A stretch of DNA of 64,000 nt, taken from assembly GCF_000143415.4 (NCBI RefSeq), contig NW_003314281.1:1341882-1405881 (forward strand), in the 5' to 3' direction. Under the pieces are notes generated by a model. It did no database searches and had not been told where the DNA came from. It saw nothing but the letters and a program-made list of their open reading frames with translations. Shown here one piece after another: positions 12,790 to 25,779 of this stretch. Position 1 is the stretch's first letter, and the number at the start of each line of letters is the position of its first letter. The stretch is from Selaginella moellendorffii. Its lineage: Eukaryota > Plantae > Lycopodiophyta. The position numbers and the translations under genes are program-made.

Positions 12790-13384
12790 TATAGTGCTAT
12801 TAAACGCAAGATTAAATTGCTAGTGGCTACAAGTGAATCAAGAACTTGTCCATTTTCCAGCTCGATGGACATGCCGCACCATGATTTTGGAGCAGCCGCT
12901 GGGAAGTCCTTCCATTTCATTCTCAACCTCCACAAGCAAAGTCATCTTCTGAGTTTCCAGAGGGAATGGAGTATGTCCCCCCAGGGGAAAAGTTGAAAGA
13001 ATCTTGTGATATTTGGGCTCTGGGGAAAGATTGCATATGAGGAGTTTCAAACACCTCAGGTTCTCAGCGAGTTATGAAGATTTGCCCCTTGTTCTCTTCG
13101 ACTGGTCGAGGGTTCCGGTGTTAGCCAAGGATTTGATGCTGGGGATGCTAAATCTGGACAAGAAAAAACGATTGACGGCAGCCCAGATCTTGGAACATCC
13201 GTGGATCAAGCGGATCACTCAAAATTACAATAGGCCAGCCCCAGAAACAAAGGTGGAAGTCGAAGCAAAACAGGATGTGAGAACTGAATTGATAATGGGA
13301 GGACAAGCTTCCATGCCAATGTACCGACTGCGAGATTGCCCACAAGCAATTGGAGATACACTAAAAAGTTTTAGTCGATGCTAA
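12790..13384 (+). pseudogene. Ser/Thr protein kinase (CAMK/CDPK-like) pseudogene fragment
   Basis: DFGAA (~12882), CDIWALG and AKDLMLGMLNLDKKKRLTAAQILEHPWI lie in broken frames. Confidence 0.75.
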
Positions 13385-13537
13385 GATACCTATCCGGCAC
13401 CGAAATATTCCTATAGTGTCGTCATTTCACCTTTAGGTTTCCTTTTAAAACCAAAACTAGCGGTGCCGGGAATATTCACTTTCATTTTTTTCACCCTAAA
13501 CACGGGGAGTTCGCAAGATTTCCTGCCCCCCCGCTAC

Positions 13538-16520
13538 ATGGCGGACTCCGATCCAGGCGGCGCCTCAAGGCGACGACCGTCCAGAAGGTGGAGAGGGTCA
13601 CGATCATCCTCGCCGAGACTGGCTCAGGTTTGCCTCTTCTTTGCTCGGATTCCCCTCTTTTCGGAGCTTAGCAAGGGAATGTGGGTCTAGGAAAGAGCTC
13701 GCAGGTCCCGCAAATGCTGATCGAGGAAGGGTTCGCCCCCATTCTGTGCACGCAGCCGAGAAGGCTTGCCGTGGTCGCCGTGTCCAAAATGGTGGCCGAA
13801 GACTTGGACAAGAAGCGGGATTTCACATTGGTCAGATGAATCGGACAAGTTCCAGGTAAATGCTCGAGCTTTTCGAAAGTTCTAGTCTTTCCTTGATGTT
13901 TAGTTCTTGGGAACTTTTTCCTCGAGTTCTTGGAGTTCTGTGGTTCTTTCTTTTGATCTTAGATGTTCTTTTCTTCCATTCCTAAGTCACGGCATTTTTC
14001 CAGCTCCGGTGTTCTTCTAGAGGAGATCAAATCCAAAGGCGTGGCTGCTCTTTCTCACTACAAGGTGGTCATACTGGATGAAATCCACGAGAGGTCTGTG
14101 GAGTCAGATATGGTTCTTTGTTGCGTCAAGATCTTGCTCTTTCGGAACAAGAACACACGGTGGGCTTCTTTTGTTTCTGGATTTCTCTTGCTAATGTGAT
14201 TGCTGCTGCCATAGTCTGGTGCTCATGTCTGCCACCGCTGACTTTAAACGCTATGAAAACTATTTTGCCGAGCTTGGCGAAACAGTTGAGAAGGTGGCTG
14301 TCTCGAACTTGGCCTCGAAGATCCAGCAACATCTGTTCCAGTGCAGCGTGAAGTATCTCGACCAGGTTCTGTATATTTTATTTCATTCGCGTTTATTTTT
14401 ATCTTTCTGTTAACCATCCTCTGTCAGGTCGTGCAACAACTTGGAAACAAGGAAGTGTCTGTAATGAACTTGTTGGAGCAAAACCCGTCTCCCTTTAAGA
14501 ACGGGACTGATATTGGGATGGAGATACAGCACCTGGTTTTCGATCTGATCGCTCACATCCACAAAGATGAGTCTGATCGCAAGAAGGGAATTCTGGTCTT
14601 CCTCCCAACTTATCGTGCCTTGGAAGAGCAGTGGTCTCTCGGGCGTGGAGATATTTGTGCTCCACAATAGCATTGACGTCGACCAATCGTTGGAAGCAAT
14701 GGAGGCGTACCATTCAGTGAGGAAGGTCTTTTCTTTCCTCAATTCTCCGTCTTGTTTTTTCTGAATCCTTCTTTTCTTTCAGGTGATTCTTGCGACTGAT
14801 GTTGCCGAGTCTTCAATTACAATACCGGGAGCATCGTTCGTCATCGACTCATGCCGCTGCCTAGAAGTGTTTTGGAACTCGAAAATGAAGAGAGACGCTC
14901 CCCGGATTGTCTGGGAGTCGAGCTCACAGGTGAGAAGTTGTCTTTGTCCTCCAGCCAGACACCGTATCTTTCTCCTTTCAACTGTAGGCCGAACAACGTA
15001 AGGGGCGCACAGGGCGTACCTGCGATGGTACTGTCTTTCGCATGGTGCCGCGAACAATGTACATGACATTCAACAAGTTTGAGGTTCCCGCAATGCAGCT
15101 CTTGTCTCTACGAAAGCAAGTACTGTCACTGTTTGTGCTGAACCACGAGCTTTGAATGATGCTTTGGGTACGTCTCTTCGTTTTGTGAATCGGAAATTTT
15201 GTGTTTTGTTTTTCCAGCATTCTTCGATAAATGCCTGAATCCACCGCATCCAGACACTGTTTATGATGCTTTGGAGTCACTTGAAGCACTGAACGCTCTA
15301 CAGCCCGATGCTGGAGGGAAGAAGTTGCCGACCCCATACGGACGAATACTTGCGTCTCTTCCACTATCTTTGGAGGCTTCTATGCTTCTCATGGAGGGCT
15401 GAGAACGAGAAGATATCACAGCACACTCATTCAGGTACCCGATTCTAGACACTACGCCGAGTCCGATTATCCTGCCTCTCGGAGCCAGCGCTACAGCACA
15501 CTATTCTTTTCAGTACTTCCAGGAATCACAAAATGGTGTAAAGGCAATCTCGTCAAGCCGCTCTTCTTGGCAACCTCTGCGCGTTTGAATTCTGGCAGTG
15601 CGTCTTGAAGGTACGACTTCGTTTGTTTCTTTTCCTTGTCTTTCTCACACAGCGGTGGCAAAAGCTATCCCACGAATTTTTATCCTCAACTATCGTCACC
15701 ATTCATGGAGAGGAGTCGGAGAAGGAATTCTGCAAACAGCATCACCTTTCTTTGTTTTCACTCAGCGCTGTCGCTGAGCTCTGTAAGTCTTTCAAGTTTT
15801 AGAACCAAACTTGATGTTTGCTTTGTTTTTGAGGCAGCTAGTTGCCTGCTAGAAGTTATGCATCGGTCTTATTATACGGCTTTCTCCTTCCAGCACCTCT
15901 GCTTTCGTAGCCAAGACGACGAGTCGTGCCTGGGACTTCCGTATGTTTCAAATGGGAGCTTCCACAATGAGAATAACCAGTCAGATTTGCTGAAGATCAT
16001 TGTGGAGGTAACTTGTTTGAACTCGTGCTTTGGTTTTCCAACACTTACGATCCACTGTTTCAGACTCAAGCAAGATACTTAGAACCGCAGAGTAATTACG
16101 AGTCGATCCATTTTCCTAAAGAAGAGGACGGGGAAGTGCAGTGCGTGTACTTCCGTAGAGGCTTTTGCGCTAAAGGAAACGGCTGTGAGTTCTCACACTC
16201 AGCAGTATGCAAGTTTTTCTTGTCCGGGGATGTAAGTGTCAGCTTTTTAACTCGCATTATTCTCAAGCGATTGTATGGCAGGGATGTCGCTATGGTGCTC
16301 ATTGTCGATATAAGCACGACTCGGATGTTCCACGCTGGGACAATCGTCTTGAGCTTGACGAAGACGTAGCTCAGTTTCCTACGGTGCTGTGTTCTTCCAC
16401 TCGAAACTCGGAGGGCACCATGCTAGTTTTTGGAAGGGAGGCACTGTCTTATATCCATCAGCTGCAAGATCTTGCTACTGCATCTTGCAACGACGATTCT
16501 CAGCTAGAAGCAGAGAAGTA
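13538..16520 (+). pseudogene. DExH-box RNA helicase with CCCH zinc fingers (DExH8/C3H31-like), disrupted
   Basis: ETGS|GKSSQVPQ, CTQPRR, LDEIHERS, MSAT, ILVFLPTY, LATDVAESSITIPG, QRKGRTGR, CCCH fingers; frameshifts in exon 1 and at ~14638, in-frame TGA at ~15400. Confidence 0.85.
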
Positions 16521-17332
16521 TGATCGATCGTCTCTCCACCGTGATCCTGGACTTGCCTTGGAGAATCCAGATCCTTCGGGGTTCTTCCCTCGCCGGGATG
16601 CCGAGGAATTCGCGGAGATTTCCAACCTGTTCTCCCAATGCGTTGATCAGGGCTCTTTGGATATTGCGGTGTTCTTATTTTTCCTTCCAGCCAAGTATCG
16701 CCACGCCAAGATCGTTGGTGGATCCCAGCGAGGTAGGATGCAGATACCTTCTTCCTGCTACTTTCTAGGATTTGGACTTGGCCTCGCGAGGCGTGAGCTG
16801 CATTGGGATTTCGATCAAAATTTTGACAAACATCGTTCTAGCGGAAGTTTCTAGAGTTCCTCCTCCATTTCCTCGAGTTCTTCCTCGGCCTCAGCGCCGG
16901 CAGGGCGTTCCTCGACTTCGACCTCGGCCTCGGCAGCAGCGGCAAAGGCAGCAGCAGCTGCACGATCACCACGGGTCACAAATGGCCCAAGAAGGGTAGG
17001 AGGACGATCCACAAGTCCCTCAGCAGCAGAGACCAAGAACACATCTCGCGTGAGACTGTAGCTCAGTGGATTCTTGAACTGCTCATAAGTGTATGTTGCC
17101 TTGTATTTGAGCATTCCAAGCTCGGTGATATTTGTGAAACAAATGACAATCTGAAGCATTAGACAAAGAGAATGACTCACCAATGTAGTAGGTCAAGATC
17201 TACTACCCCCAAAGTCCACACTAGATTCCCATAGGCCCATTGGGCTCGGCACCCACACTGACATATCTCTTCAAGCATAGACAAGAGCTGCCGAATTTAG
17301 AAGATAAACAAAGAAAGAGATAAGGAAAGAAA

Positions 17333-17570
17333 TTAAAAAGCAACTTTTGGCGCCTTGGGGCTTGAAACTTTAGTTAAAATGTTTGTGAGATGGTATGCCA
17401 TTTCCATTTGTGCGTGCTTTAAAAGAGAATCATCCAAATGAGTGATCTCAGTAAATAGAGATTCTTTCATATTAAACATTCTTACTAACACTTCTCTCAA
17501 ACTCTTGAAATCACTAAAGTATAAAAACTCTGGAAATCCAAAAACACACTCCACAACACTTTTATCACTC
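17333..17570. repeat. Repeat A, copy 1
   Basis: Direct similarity to ~18528-18765 and inverted similarity to 18063-18300. Confidence 0.8.
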
Positions 17571-17738
17571 AAAACTTCCATCGCTCTCTTCATCGTTCTC
17601 CTCTTTCGAAACTTCTCTTCTCTCTCTAAAAATGTCATAACTCTAGTGGCGATAGGGCGTAAAAATATCCAAGTGTGCTGCATGGCAGGCGTAAGAATAT
17701 CCAGGTCCCTCAAATTTTTGTGTGCCCTAGAACAAGGC

Positions 17739-18065
17739 ATGGCGATGGCAATGGCGATGGCCATAAGGAGCTGCGAATCCGTCATTCTTCTCCATTCCCA
17801 GCCAAGAATGCCAAGGTTAGCTCTCCAAATTGTCGTCCTTGGCAAGCAAATAGGCAAGCAGCAGTAGCAAAATCCCCTCGGCATTGCAAGATTTCGAGGG
17901 TGTGATAGGTGTGGAGACACATGTCCAGCTCGACATGGCCACCAAAGTCTTTTGTGGATGCCTCTTGCAATATGGTGCATATCCAAATTCCAATGTGTGC
18001 CTGGTATGTATGGGGCTGCTAGGAGTTCTCCTGGTTCTCAACAAGAGGGTTATGGATTTTGCGAT
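17739..18065 (+). pseudogene. Truncated duplicate of GatB exon 1 with its upstream region
   Basis: [14 protein letters not shown]...[26 protein letters not shown] parallels 18975-19305; has a premature stop and ends abruptly at repeat A. Confidence 0.85.
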
Positions 18066-18765
18066 GATAATGTTGTGAAGTGTGTTTTTGGATCTCTGGA
18101 ATTTCTATGCTTTAGTGATTTCAAGAGTGTGAAAAAAGTGTTGGTAGGAATGTTTAGTGTGAAAGAATCTTTGTTTTTTGAAATCGCTCTTTTGGATAAT
18201 TATCCCCCAGATCACGCACGAATAGAGATGACACATTATCTTACGAGTATTTTAACTAAGGCTTCAAACCCTAGGACACCAGAGGTTGCTTTTCAATTTC
18301 TTTATTTGCCTTCTAACTCTTGTATATGCCCAAAGAGTTAAATCCAATACTTGTTAAACTGAACAGCCATTAGCTGGGCATGGTTATAGAGGTCAACTGC
18401 CAGTATAGCCGATTCCAAATCCAAGAAGAAGAAGGTATCTACATCTATACCGGCAGTTGACTTTTGCAACCAATAGCTATCCAGTTCAATAAGATCTAGA
18501 TTTAGTATAGACAAGAGTTGCAAAAGAAATTGAAGAACAACCTTTAGTGCCCTAGGGCTTGAAATTTTGGTTAAAATGCTTATGAAATAATGTGCCATCT
18601 CCATTCGTGTGTGATCTGAAGAAAAATCATCCAAAAGAGTGATTTTAGAAAATAAATATTTTTTCACACTAAACATTTCTACCAACACTTCTCTCACTCT
18701 TAAAATCACTGAAGCATAAAAACTCTAGAAATCCAAAAACAAACTCCATAACACTTTCATCACTC
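18063..18765. mobile_element. Foldback/MULE-like non-autonomous element with ~240-bp inverted arms
   Basis: 18063-18300 is the reverse complement of ~18528-18765, with a ~230-bp spacer; no TSD established. Confidence 0.55.
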
Positions 18766-18974
18766 AAAACTTCCAAATCACTCTCTCTTTCATCACTCAA
18801 AACTTCCAAATCACTCTCTCCTCGTCGCTCTCCTCTCTCGAAACTTCTCTTCTCTCTCTAAAAATGCCCTAACCCTGGCGGCGATAGGGCGTAAAATATC
18901 CGAGCGCACCACGTGGCAGGCTTAAGAATATCCGAGGGGTTCCCTCAAATTTTTGCGTGCCCTAAAACAGGGGC

Positions 18975-21023
18975 ATGGCGATGGCAATGGCGATGGCCGT
19001 GGGGAGCTGCGAATCCATCGTTCTTCTCTATTCCCAGCCAAGAATCCCGAGGTCAGCTCTCCAAATCCGATGCTCATCGTCCCTTGCGAGCAAACAGACA
19101 AGCAGCAGTAGCAAAATCCCCTTGGCATTGCAAGATTTCGAGGCTGTGATCGGTGTGGAGACGCACGTCCAGCTCGGCACGGCCACCAAGGCCTTCTGTG
19201 GATGCCTCTCGCAGTATGGCGCGCAGCCGAATTCCAATGTGTGCCCGGTGTGTATGGGGCTGCCAGGAGCTCTCCCGGTTCTCAACGAGAGGGTCGTGGA
19301 TTTCGCCATCAAGCTCGGCCTGGCGCTCAACTGCGATCTCTCGCTGCGGTCGAAATTCGATCGGAAGCAGTACTTCTACGCGGATCTTCCCAAAGGATAT
19401 CAGATCTCCCAGTTTGATATCCCGATCGCCAGGCATGGAAGCATCGAAGTGGATTTGCCAGTGGAATACGGTGGTGGGCATCGTAAGTTTGGAATCACTA
19501 GAGTTCATATAGAGGAGGACGCTGGAAAGCTTGTTCATGCTGGTGGTGGTGGAAGACTATCCGGCTCGCCATACTCGCTGGTAACGTTTTTCTTCTCTTG
19601 TTTTTTTTTTCTTTGCTCGTGTTTGTGAGAAGAGTATGTGTTTGTAGGTGGATTTAAACAGGGCTGGAGTTCCTTTACTGGAGATTGTCTCGGAGCCGGA
19701 CATGAGAACCGGCATTGAAGCTGCCGAGTACGCGGCGGAGGTGGCAAGAGTGGTAAAGTGTCTCGGCATTGGAAGTGGAAGCATGGCCGAGGGATCGCTT
19801 CGCTGTGATGTGAATGTTTCTGTGAGACCCAGAGGCCAGGCAGCCTTTGGCACCAAGGTTTGATATCGCCTCGTTGTTTGGTGTTTGAGTGGAAGTTTTG
19901 ATGGCTAGTTGTAGTTTCTTGACAGGTGGAAATCAAGAACATGAACTCGTGTGCCGCGATGCATCGGGCTATAGACTTCGAGATTTTGCGGCAAGTTGCT
20001 CTTCACAAGGAGGGTCTGGAGTCGAAGATCGTGCAAGAGACTAGACTGTGGGAGGAAGGAAGTCAGGCACATTGGCACTTCTGGTCTTTGACGATCGAGC
20101 TAATTGAGATTTTCGTGTGTGATAGAGAACTGTCACTATGCGTGCGAAGGAGGGTCTTGCAGATTACCGCTACTTTCCAGAGCCAGATCTTCTCGAGCTT
20201 GTATTGAAGCAGGAGCAAGTTGACTCAATCAACGAAGCTCTGCCAGAGCTTCCGAATGAAACTCGTCGGCGATACGAGGCCTTGGGCCTCAGCATGCAGG
20301 ATGTTCTTGTGCTGGCTGACGACAAGAATGTAAGTTCTTTCGTTTCTCTCTTTTACGGCGAAGTGATCGTTGCTTTTCCTTCTCGCAGGTGTCGGAATAC
20401 TTTGATAGTACGTTGGAGCAAGGTGCTGACATGAAAATGGCTGCTAACTGGATAATGGGAGACATCACTGCCTATCTCAAGACGGAGAAGCTTTCGATTT
20501 CCGACGTAAAAATCTCTCCAAGCGTACTGGCGGAGCTCGTTACTCTCATCAAGGACGGAACGATCAGTGGGAAAATCGGCAAAGAGGTATGTAGTACGTG
20601 AGCCACTTCCACTCACTAATAAGATTTTTTTGTGCTCGCTCTCCAGATTCTTCCCGAGTTGATAAGAAACGGTGGCACTGCGAAAGAAGTGATTGAAGCC
20701 AAGGGTCTCACCCAGGTGACAAGCTTTCCTTCACATTTCCTCGTAAAAACTTGAGCTTCTTCTATAATTCTCGCAGATTTCCGACGAAGCGGAGATAGCT
20801 TCCCTGGTTGACAAGGTGCTACTGGAGAATCCAAAGCAATTAGAAGCTTTCAAGAAAGGAAAAACTAAACTCCAAGGATTCTTCGAAGGCCAGGTAAGAT
20901 TTTTCCAAGAAAAATCTGTTCTTCCTTTGATGTTTGCTGGATCAGGTGATGAGATCCACAAATGGAAGGGTCAATCCAATTTTGATGAAGAAGATTGTCG
21001 CGCAGAAGCTAGGACTGTCCTGA
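18975..21023 (+). CDS. GATB: Glutamyl-tRNA(Gln) amidotransferase subunit B, organellar (8 exons)
   Basis: [81 protein letters not shown]; transit-peptide-like N-terminus. Confidence 0.96.
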
Positions 21024-21129
21024 AAGAAGAAAGAAAAATTAAATCTAATGTGGATAAGGAAGCTTTCGTTTGTAAGGGCGTTTTCTTCACAGACGATGGG
21101 GCAATTTGTGGCTCCCAGCGCTCGCGGCC

Positions 21130-22913
21130 ATGGCAACCCAGCAGCTGGGATCCCAGGCGCTCCTCCTCGACAGGCGACGCGCGCACGACCGCGATCCAGC
21201 GCGCTACATTCGCGCGCAGCGGCTGTGCGCCCGGGCCGGATTGGAGAAGGGATCGTCCAAGAAATCGGCGGCATTGGCGACGGGAGCCAAGATCGCAGCC
21301 GCGCCTCTGGTAATCTACACTGCCGCGCAGGGATCAGCGTACGCCGTGACTGCGGAGGATGTGGCTGGGACGTTTAACAAGGTAATCGATCGATTTCTTT
21401 GCGAAGATTTTGGATTTCTCTTCCCTCGTTCTTGCTCCAGTAGCTCAGATGGTTAGAGCACCCGTTTAGTAAGCGGGAGGTCTTGAGTTCGACTCTCAAC
21501 TAGAGCAAAAGAGAGTAGAGCAAAGAAAGAAACTCTCCTTCGCTCGAACTTAACTCTCTTTTTTTTCTCTTCTCCTTTGCTCGAACTTAACTCTCTTTTT
21601 TTTCTCTTCTCCTTTGCTCGAACTTACTCACTTTTTTCTCTTCAGGTACAAGAGTTTGCGAGCACTGTGACTTCCACCGCTGGATCCACGTACACTGTAG
21701 TGTCTGGAGCTCTAAAGCAAGCTTATCAGTTCGTCAAGCCTCTTGTGGACATCGCGCTTCCAATCGTCCAGAAAACTTCTGATATAGCGATCAAGGCTGC
21801 CGCGCCGGTGGCTTCCAGCGTTGCGTCCGAGGCCATCAAAGCGCTCGAGAGCGTTGGTGTGAATACAAAGCCGGTGCTGGAGGCTGGACAGGTTAGCAAT
21901 GCCATTAAGTTTTCCTCGTGGAGTTACATTTCTGTTTCTTCTTTTTTCGATCAGACTGCGGTCACGGTTGCTGGACAAGCAGCCCAGCAAACAGGCTCGC
22001 TGATCGAAGGAGCGACACCTGTTGTGTCGACAACTTTGAGCTCGCTCCTAGCGTCTGATCCTGTGATCCTTGCTGGTGAGCTAGGAGCGGCTGTGTTGCT
22101 TTTTTTGCTTGCTCCGGGAATCCTCTCGAGTCTCGGAATAGCCGCTAGAGGTTACAAAGGTATACATAGCCTCGACTCTGGACTAGTTGGCTGATTTTTC
22201 TTACTTGCATGGAAATGCCACAGGTGACCTGACGGCTCCACAGGCGCTTGATTACATTTCGAACAGCAACTATTTCCTCATTGACGTTCGATCGGAGAAA
22301 GAGAAGTCCAAGTCTGGAACACCAAGCCTGCCGAACAAGGCCAAGAGGAACTTCACAGCAATACCGTGAGCGTCAAAAGCTTTTTAGCTCGATCTGCGTC
22401 TCTCTAAGAACTTGTCTTTTGTTTTTCACTCCAGGATCGAGGAGCTCCCTAGCAATATCCGATCGCAACTTCGCAATCCACGCACAGTGGAGGCCGAGCT
22501 AGGCGCCATCAAGATCTCGGCGCTCAAGAGAGTTAACAAAGGGACAAACCTGGTCATCCTAGACTCGTAAGAACGAACACTCCTTCCATCTTTTCATGAT
22601 AGCTTCATTCACATCTCACGCATTGTTTGGCAGCACTGGCAACATCTCCAAAGTCGTCGCGAAATCGCTGTCCGGCCTGGGCTTCAAGAGCACATGGACC
22701 GTCCTCGACGGATTCGATGGCAGCCGAGGCTGGCTCCAAAACCGGCTGGGAACCGAGTCCTACTTCTCGTCACTCACGCAAGTTCTCTCGCCATCGCGGA
22801 TCATCCCGCCAGCCACCTCCAAGCTCTTCAAGTCCGCGTCGGGCTCGTCTCGATCCACGGCCGTGGTGGACGTGGCCCCCAGAAACAGCAGGCTCCTCCC
22901 CAGTGGCGAGTAA
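21130..22913 (+). CDS. CAS: Chloroplast calcium-sensing receptor (thylakoid rhodanese-domain protein)
   Basis: Transit peptide, TM helix, [42 protein letters not shown]. Confidence 0.9.
21434..21507 (+). tRNA. tRNA-Thr(AGT) inside CAS intron 1
   Basis: GCTCCAG..TAGCTCAGATGGTTAGAGC..CCCGT-TTAGTAA-GCGGG..GAGTTCGACTCTC..CTAGAGCA cloverleaf; one acceptor-stem mismatch. Confidence 0.9.
21533..21628. repeat. ~37-bp pyrimidine-rich tandem repeat in CAS intron 1
   Basis: gctcgaacttaactctcttttttttctcttctccttt repeated about 2.5 times. Confidence 0.85.
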
Positions 22914-23187
22914 AACGAAAGAGTTTGCGTGATGTCCAGTATAAAGGGTGTTATTATATGATCGTCAAATATTTCTTAGAGCTATGGTTCTTTCTACTAC
23001 AAGTAATAAGAGTTAGCTTAGCGTACGTATTGTACTTCACAGACTTTTAGCTTTGGAGTGTCACATGATCTTGGTGAGAACTCCCGCAAGGATCTCATGG
23101 AATGTGGCATGGCAAGGAGCTTACAAACAATAAAGAGGATGGGGTCAAGAGATAGAATTTAATCCACGAGCGCTCGGGAGAGAAGAA

Positions 23188-25669
23188 ATGGAGCACGGAG
23201 GTGGTGGTTTTTTGGAGCATAGTTCTCTGGAGCAAACTCCAACTTGGGCTGTCGCTGGAGTGTGCACAGTCTTCGTTCTCCTCTCGCTGCTGCTCGAGAG
23301 GGGAATTCACCAGTGTGGAAAGGTTTGTAGCTGGTGATTTTTTGTCACTGGATTGATTGATCAGGTTGTGTGATCCATGTAGAGATTGAAGAAGAAGAAC
23401 CAAAAGCCTCTAAGTCAAGCTCTCGAGAAGATGAAAGAAGGTATGGTGTTTTCTTTCTTCTAAAGCCGAGTGAGTTTATATTTGAACACTTTGTGTGCTC
23501 AGAACTGATGCTTATGGGATTTATATCTCTTCTCTTGAGTGTCTTTCAACCTTTGGTTTCCGAGCTATGCATTCCTAGAAGCCTTCTCAAACATATGCTG
23601 CCATGTAAATTGGAAGAGAGTTCCATGCTCAAAGGTAACATAACTGTGGTTTCTTTTTCGATTCCAAGAGGGTTTAGCAGAGAACCCTTCTCATACAAAT
23701 GGGAGTTTTCACGACCGGAGGGCGCTACTTGGCTGGTTTAGTCGAGAAGGAGCTGACAAGAAATGTATCGCCAGGGTAAAGCTTTTGACTCTGTAGCTCT
23801 TGTATATCCTTCTCTTGTTTTCGTTCGTTCTATAGGGCGAAGTTCCAATGATCTCGGTCGAGGGCTTGCATCAGCTACACATTTTTATCTTCGTGATGGC
23901 GATCGTTCATCTTTGCTACAGCTGCTTGACCATGTTTCTGGGCAGGATAATGGTAACATCGTTGTAAGTATTGGTTCTCTTGCGCTATCGAGAGTTTGTT
24001 TTCTTAAAAACAGGTCTACTGGTGGAGGCGCTGGGAAGATGAAGTTCGTGTAGTAAACAAAGGAGGTATGTTTGTGGATTCTTTTGCTTTCATTTTTTTT
24101 CGAGAACTTACAAGAGGTCTGGTCTCTCTATAAGCAATGAAGGCGACTTATAGCAAGCTACGGCAAAAAACTTTTGTCCAGACGCACGCTAGACAGCCTT
24201 GGAGTAGATTAAATGCATTCAACTGGATCGTAAGCCCCGCAAACGCTCAAGTGAAGCTCTAAACATGAAGTTACAAAACTTTGTCACCAGGCATCGTTCT
24301 TGAGGCATTTACTGTGCAAGCCCGTGACGAGAGCCGATTACATGACACTCCGAAGAGGATTCGTGCGCGTAAGTGTCTCATATAAAGTCGTCCATCGATG
24401 TTGATTGATTCGATTTGATCGCAGAATTATAACTTGAGGAGGGAGTTTGATTTCCATGGATACATCACGCGAGTGCTGGAGGACGATTTTAAAGTCGTGG
24501 TGGGGATCAGGCAAGTGTTTTTTATGGTCTTCCATAGATCTTATACTAGAGTGTCAGCTCACTCGACTTATAAAAACTTTGCAGCGCCTACCTTTGGGCA
24601 TTCGTGATCATGTTTCTTCTTATGAATGTGCATGGTAACTATCAAGGTTTTAACGCTAAGATCATAGTTTTCCTTGTTGTTTGGCAGGATGGCATACGTA
24701 CTTTTGGATGGCCTTTCTACCACTAGTGGTAAAGTTTTTTTTTTCTTTGTGTCTGTGTTCTTACCATGGTCTTGCGTGAATTCCTATATAAGCTCATACT
24801 CGTGATTGGCACGAAGCTCCAGTACATAATCACCGAGCTCGCCTGCGAGATAGCGGAGGTGGAGGACAAAGCTGGACGAGAGAGTGAAGAAGTCCCGGCG
24901 ATCAAACCCCGGGACGATTTGTTCTGGTTCAAACGCCCGCGCTTTCTTCTCCACCTCATTCACTTCACTCTCTTCCAGGTAATGAGTTTTCAGATCCATC
25001 AATCGAGCTAAAGTTTCCTTTGTAGAATGCGTTTGAGCTCGCGTTTTTCTTCTGGGTTTGGGTAAGCATGACTTTCCGATTGTTTTGTGAAAAGAAAAAA
25101 GTGTGGACAAAGAAAAGAGTGAGCAGCTTTGCAGGCTACGTTCGGGTTTGATACTTGTTTCATGGACAGCATAGCATTCATCGTGGTTCGTCTCTTTGTC
25201 GGGTAAAAAAATCTCGTTTTTTCACCCTTCGTAGTAAAATCTTAGAAACTTTCTCCATGCAGAGCAGCCGTGCAGTTCCTGTGCAGCTACAGCACTCTCC
25301 CACTCTACGTTCTCGTCACTCAGGTAAAGATCCAACGTTTATCACACTCGAGAGTAGTTCCTCGCACAGATGGGATCGCACTATAGCAAGGCCATCTTCA
25401 CGAAACGCATCAACAAGGGCGTGAGGCACTGGCACCACGGAGCAAGATCAAACGTTCGGCAGGCGAGGATCAAACAGGAGGAGCGCTGCTGCGAGGAGGA
25501 GCTCAAAGACGATAACTTGCTGGACGAGATCATCAGCCCGGCCCAAGAAGAAGTGAGTGAGACGGTGGTGGTGGCATCGCCGGTGCATAGAATCCTGGAG
25601 ATCGAGATGCATGGAGCTGACGATCAAGACTTCGCAGTAGTGCAAGTGGTGGAAGAAACAAGAGTATAA
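23188..25669 (+). CDS. MLO: MLO family seven-TM protein (multi-exon)
   Basis: LEQTPTWAVAGVC, ELMLMGFISLLL, EGLHQLHIFIF, GTKLQYII, DDLFWFKRP, TLPLYVLVTQMGS. Confidence 0.93.
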
Positions 25670-25708
25670 GAATAAAGGGCCCCCACCTTTAAGAAACCTT
25701 TAAAATAT

Positions 25709-25779
25709 CGCCGTTGCCGGGGATCGAACCCGGGTCATCCGCGTGACAGGCGGGGATACTGCCATTATACTACAACGAC
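25709..25779 (-). tRNA. tRNA-Asp(GTC)
   Basis: Reverse complement GTCGTTGTAGTATAATGGCAGTATCCCCGCCTGTCACGCGGATGACCCGGGTTCGATCCCCGGCAACGGCG. Confidence 0.95.

Noticed and set aside
16520-17060. Ser/Ala-rich coding-like sequence after the helicase pseudogene
   Set aside because: Could not be assigned to a family; low complexity
17333-17986. 217-aa minus-strand ORF with similar peptides at 17952-18341 and 18338-18709
   Set aside because: Translations of repeat A plus antisense GatB; no recognisable protein family
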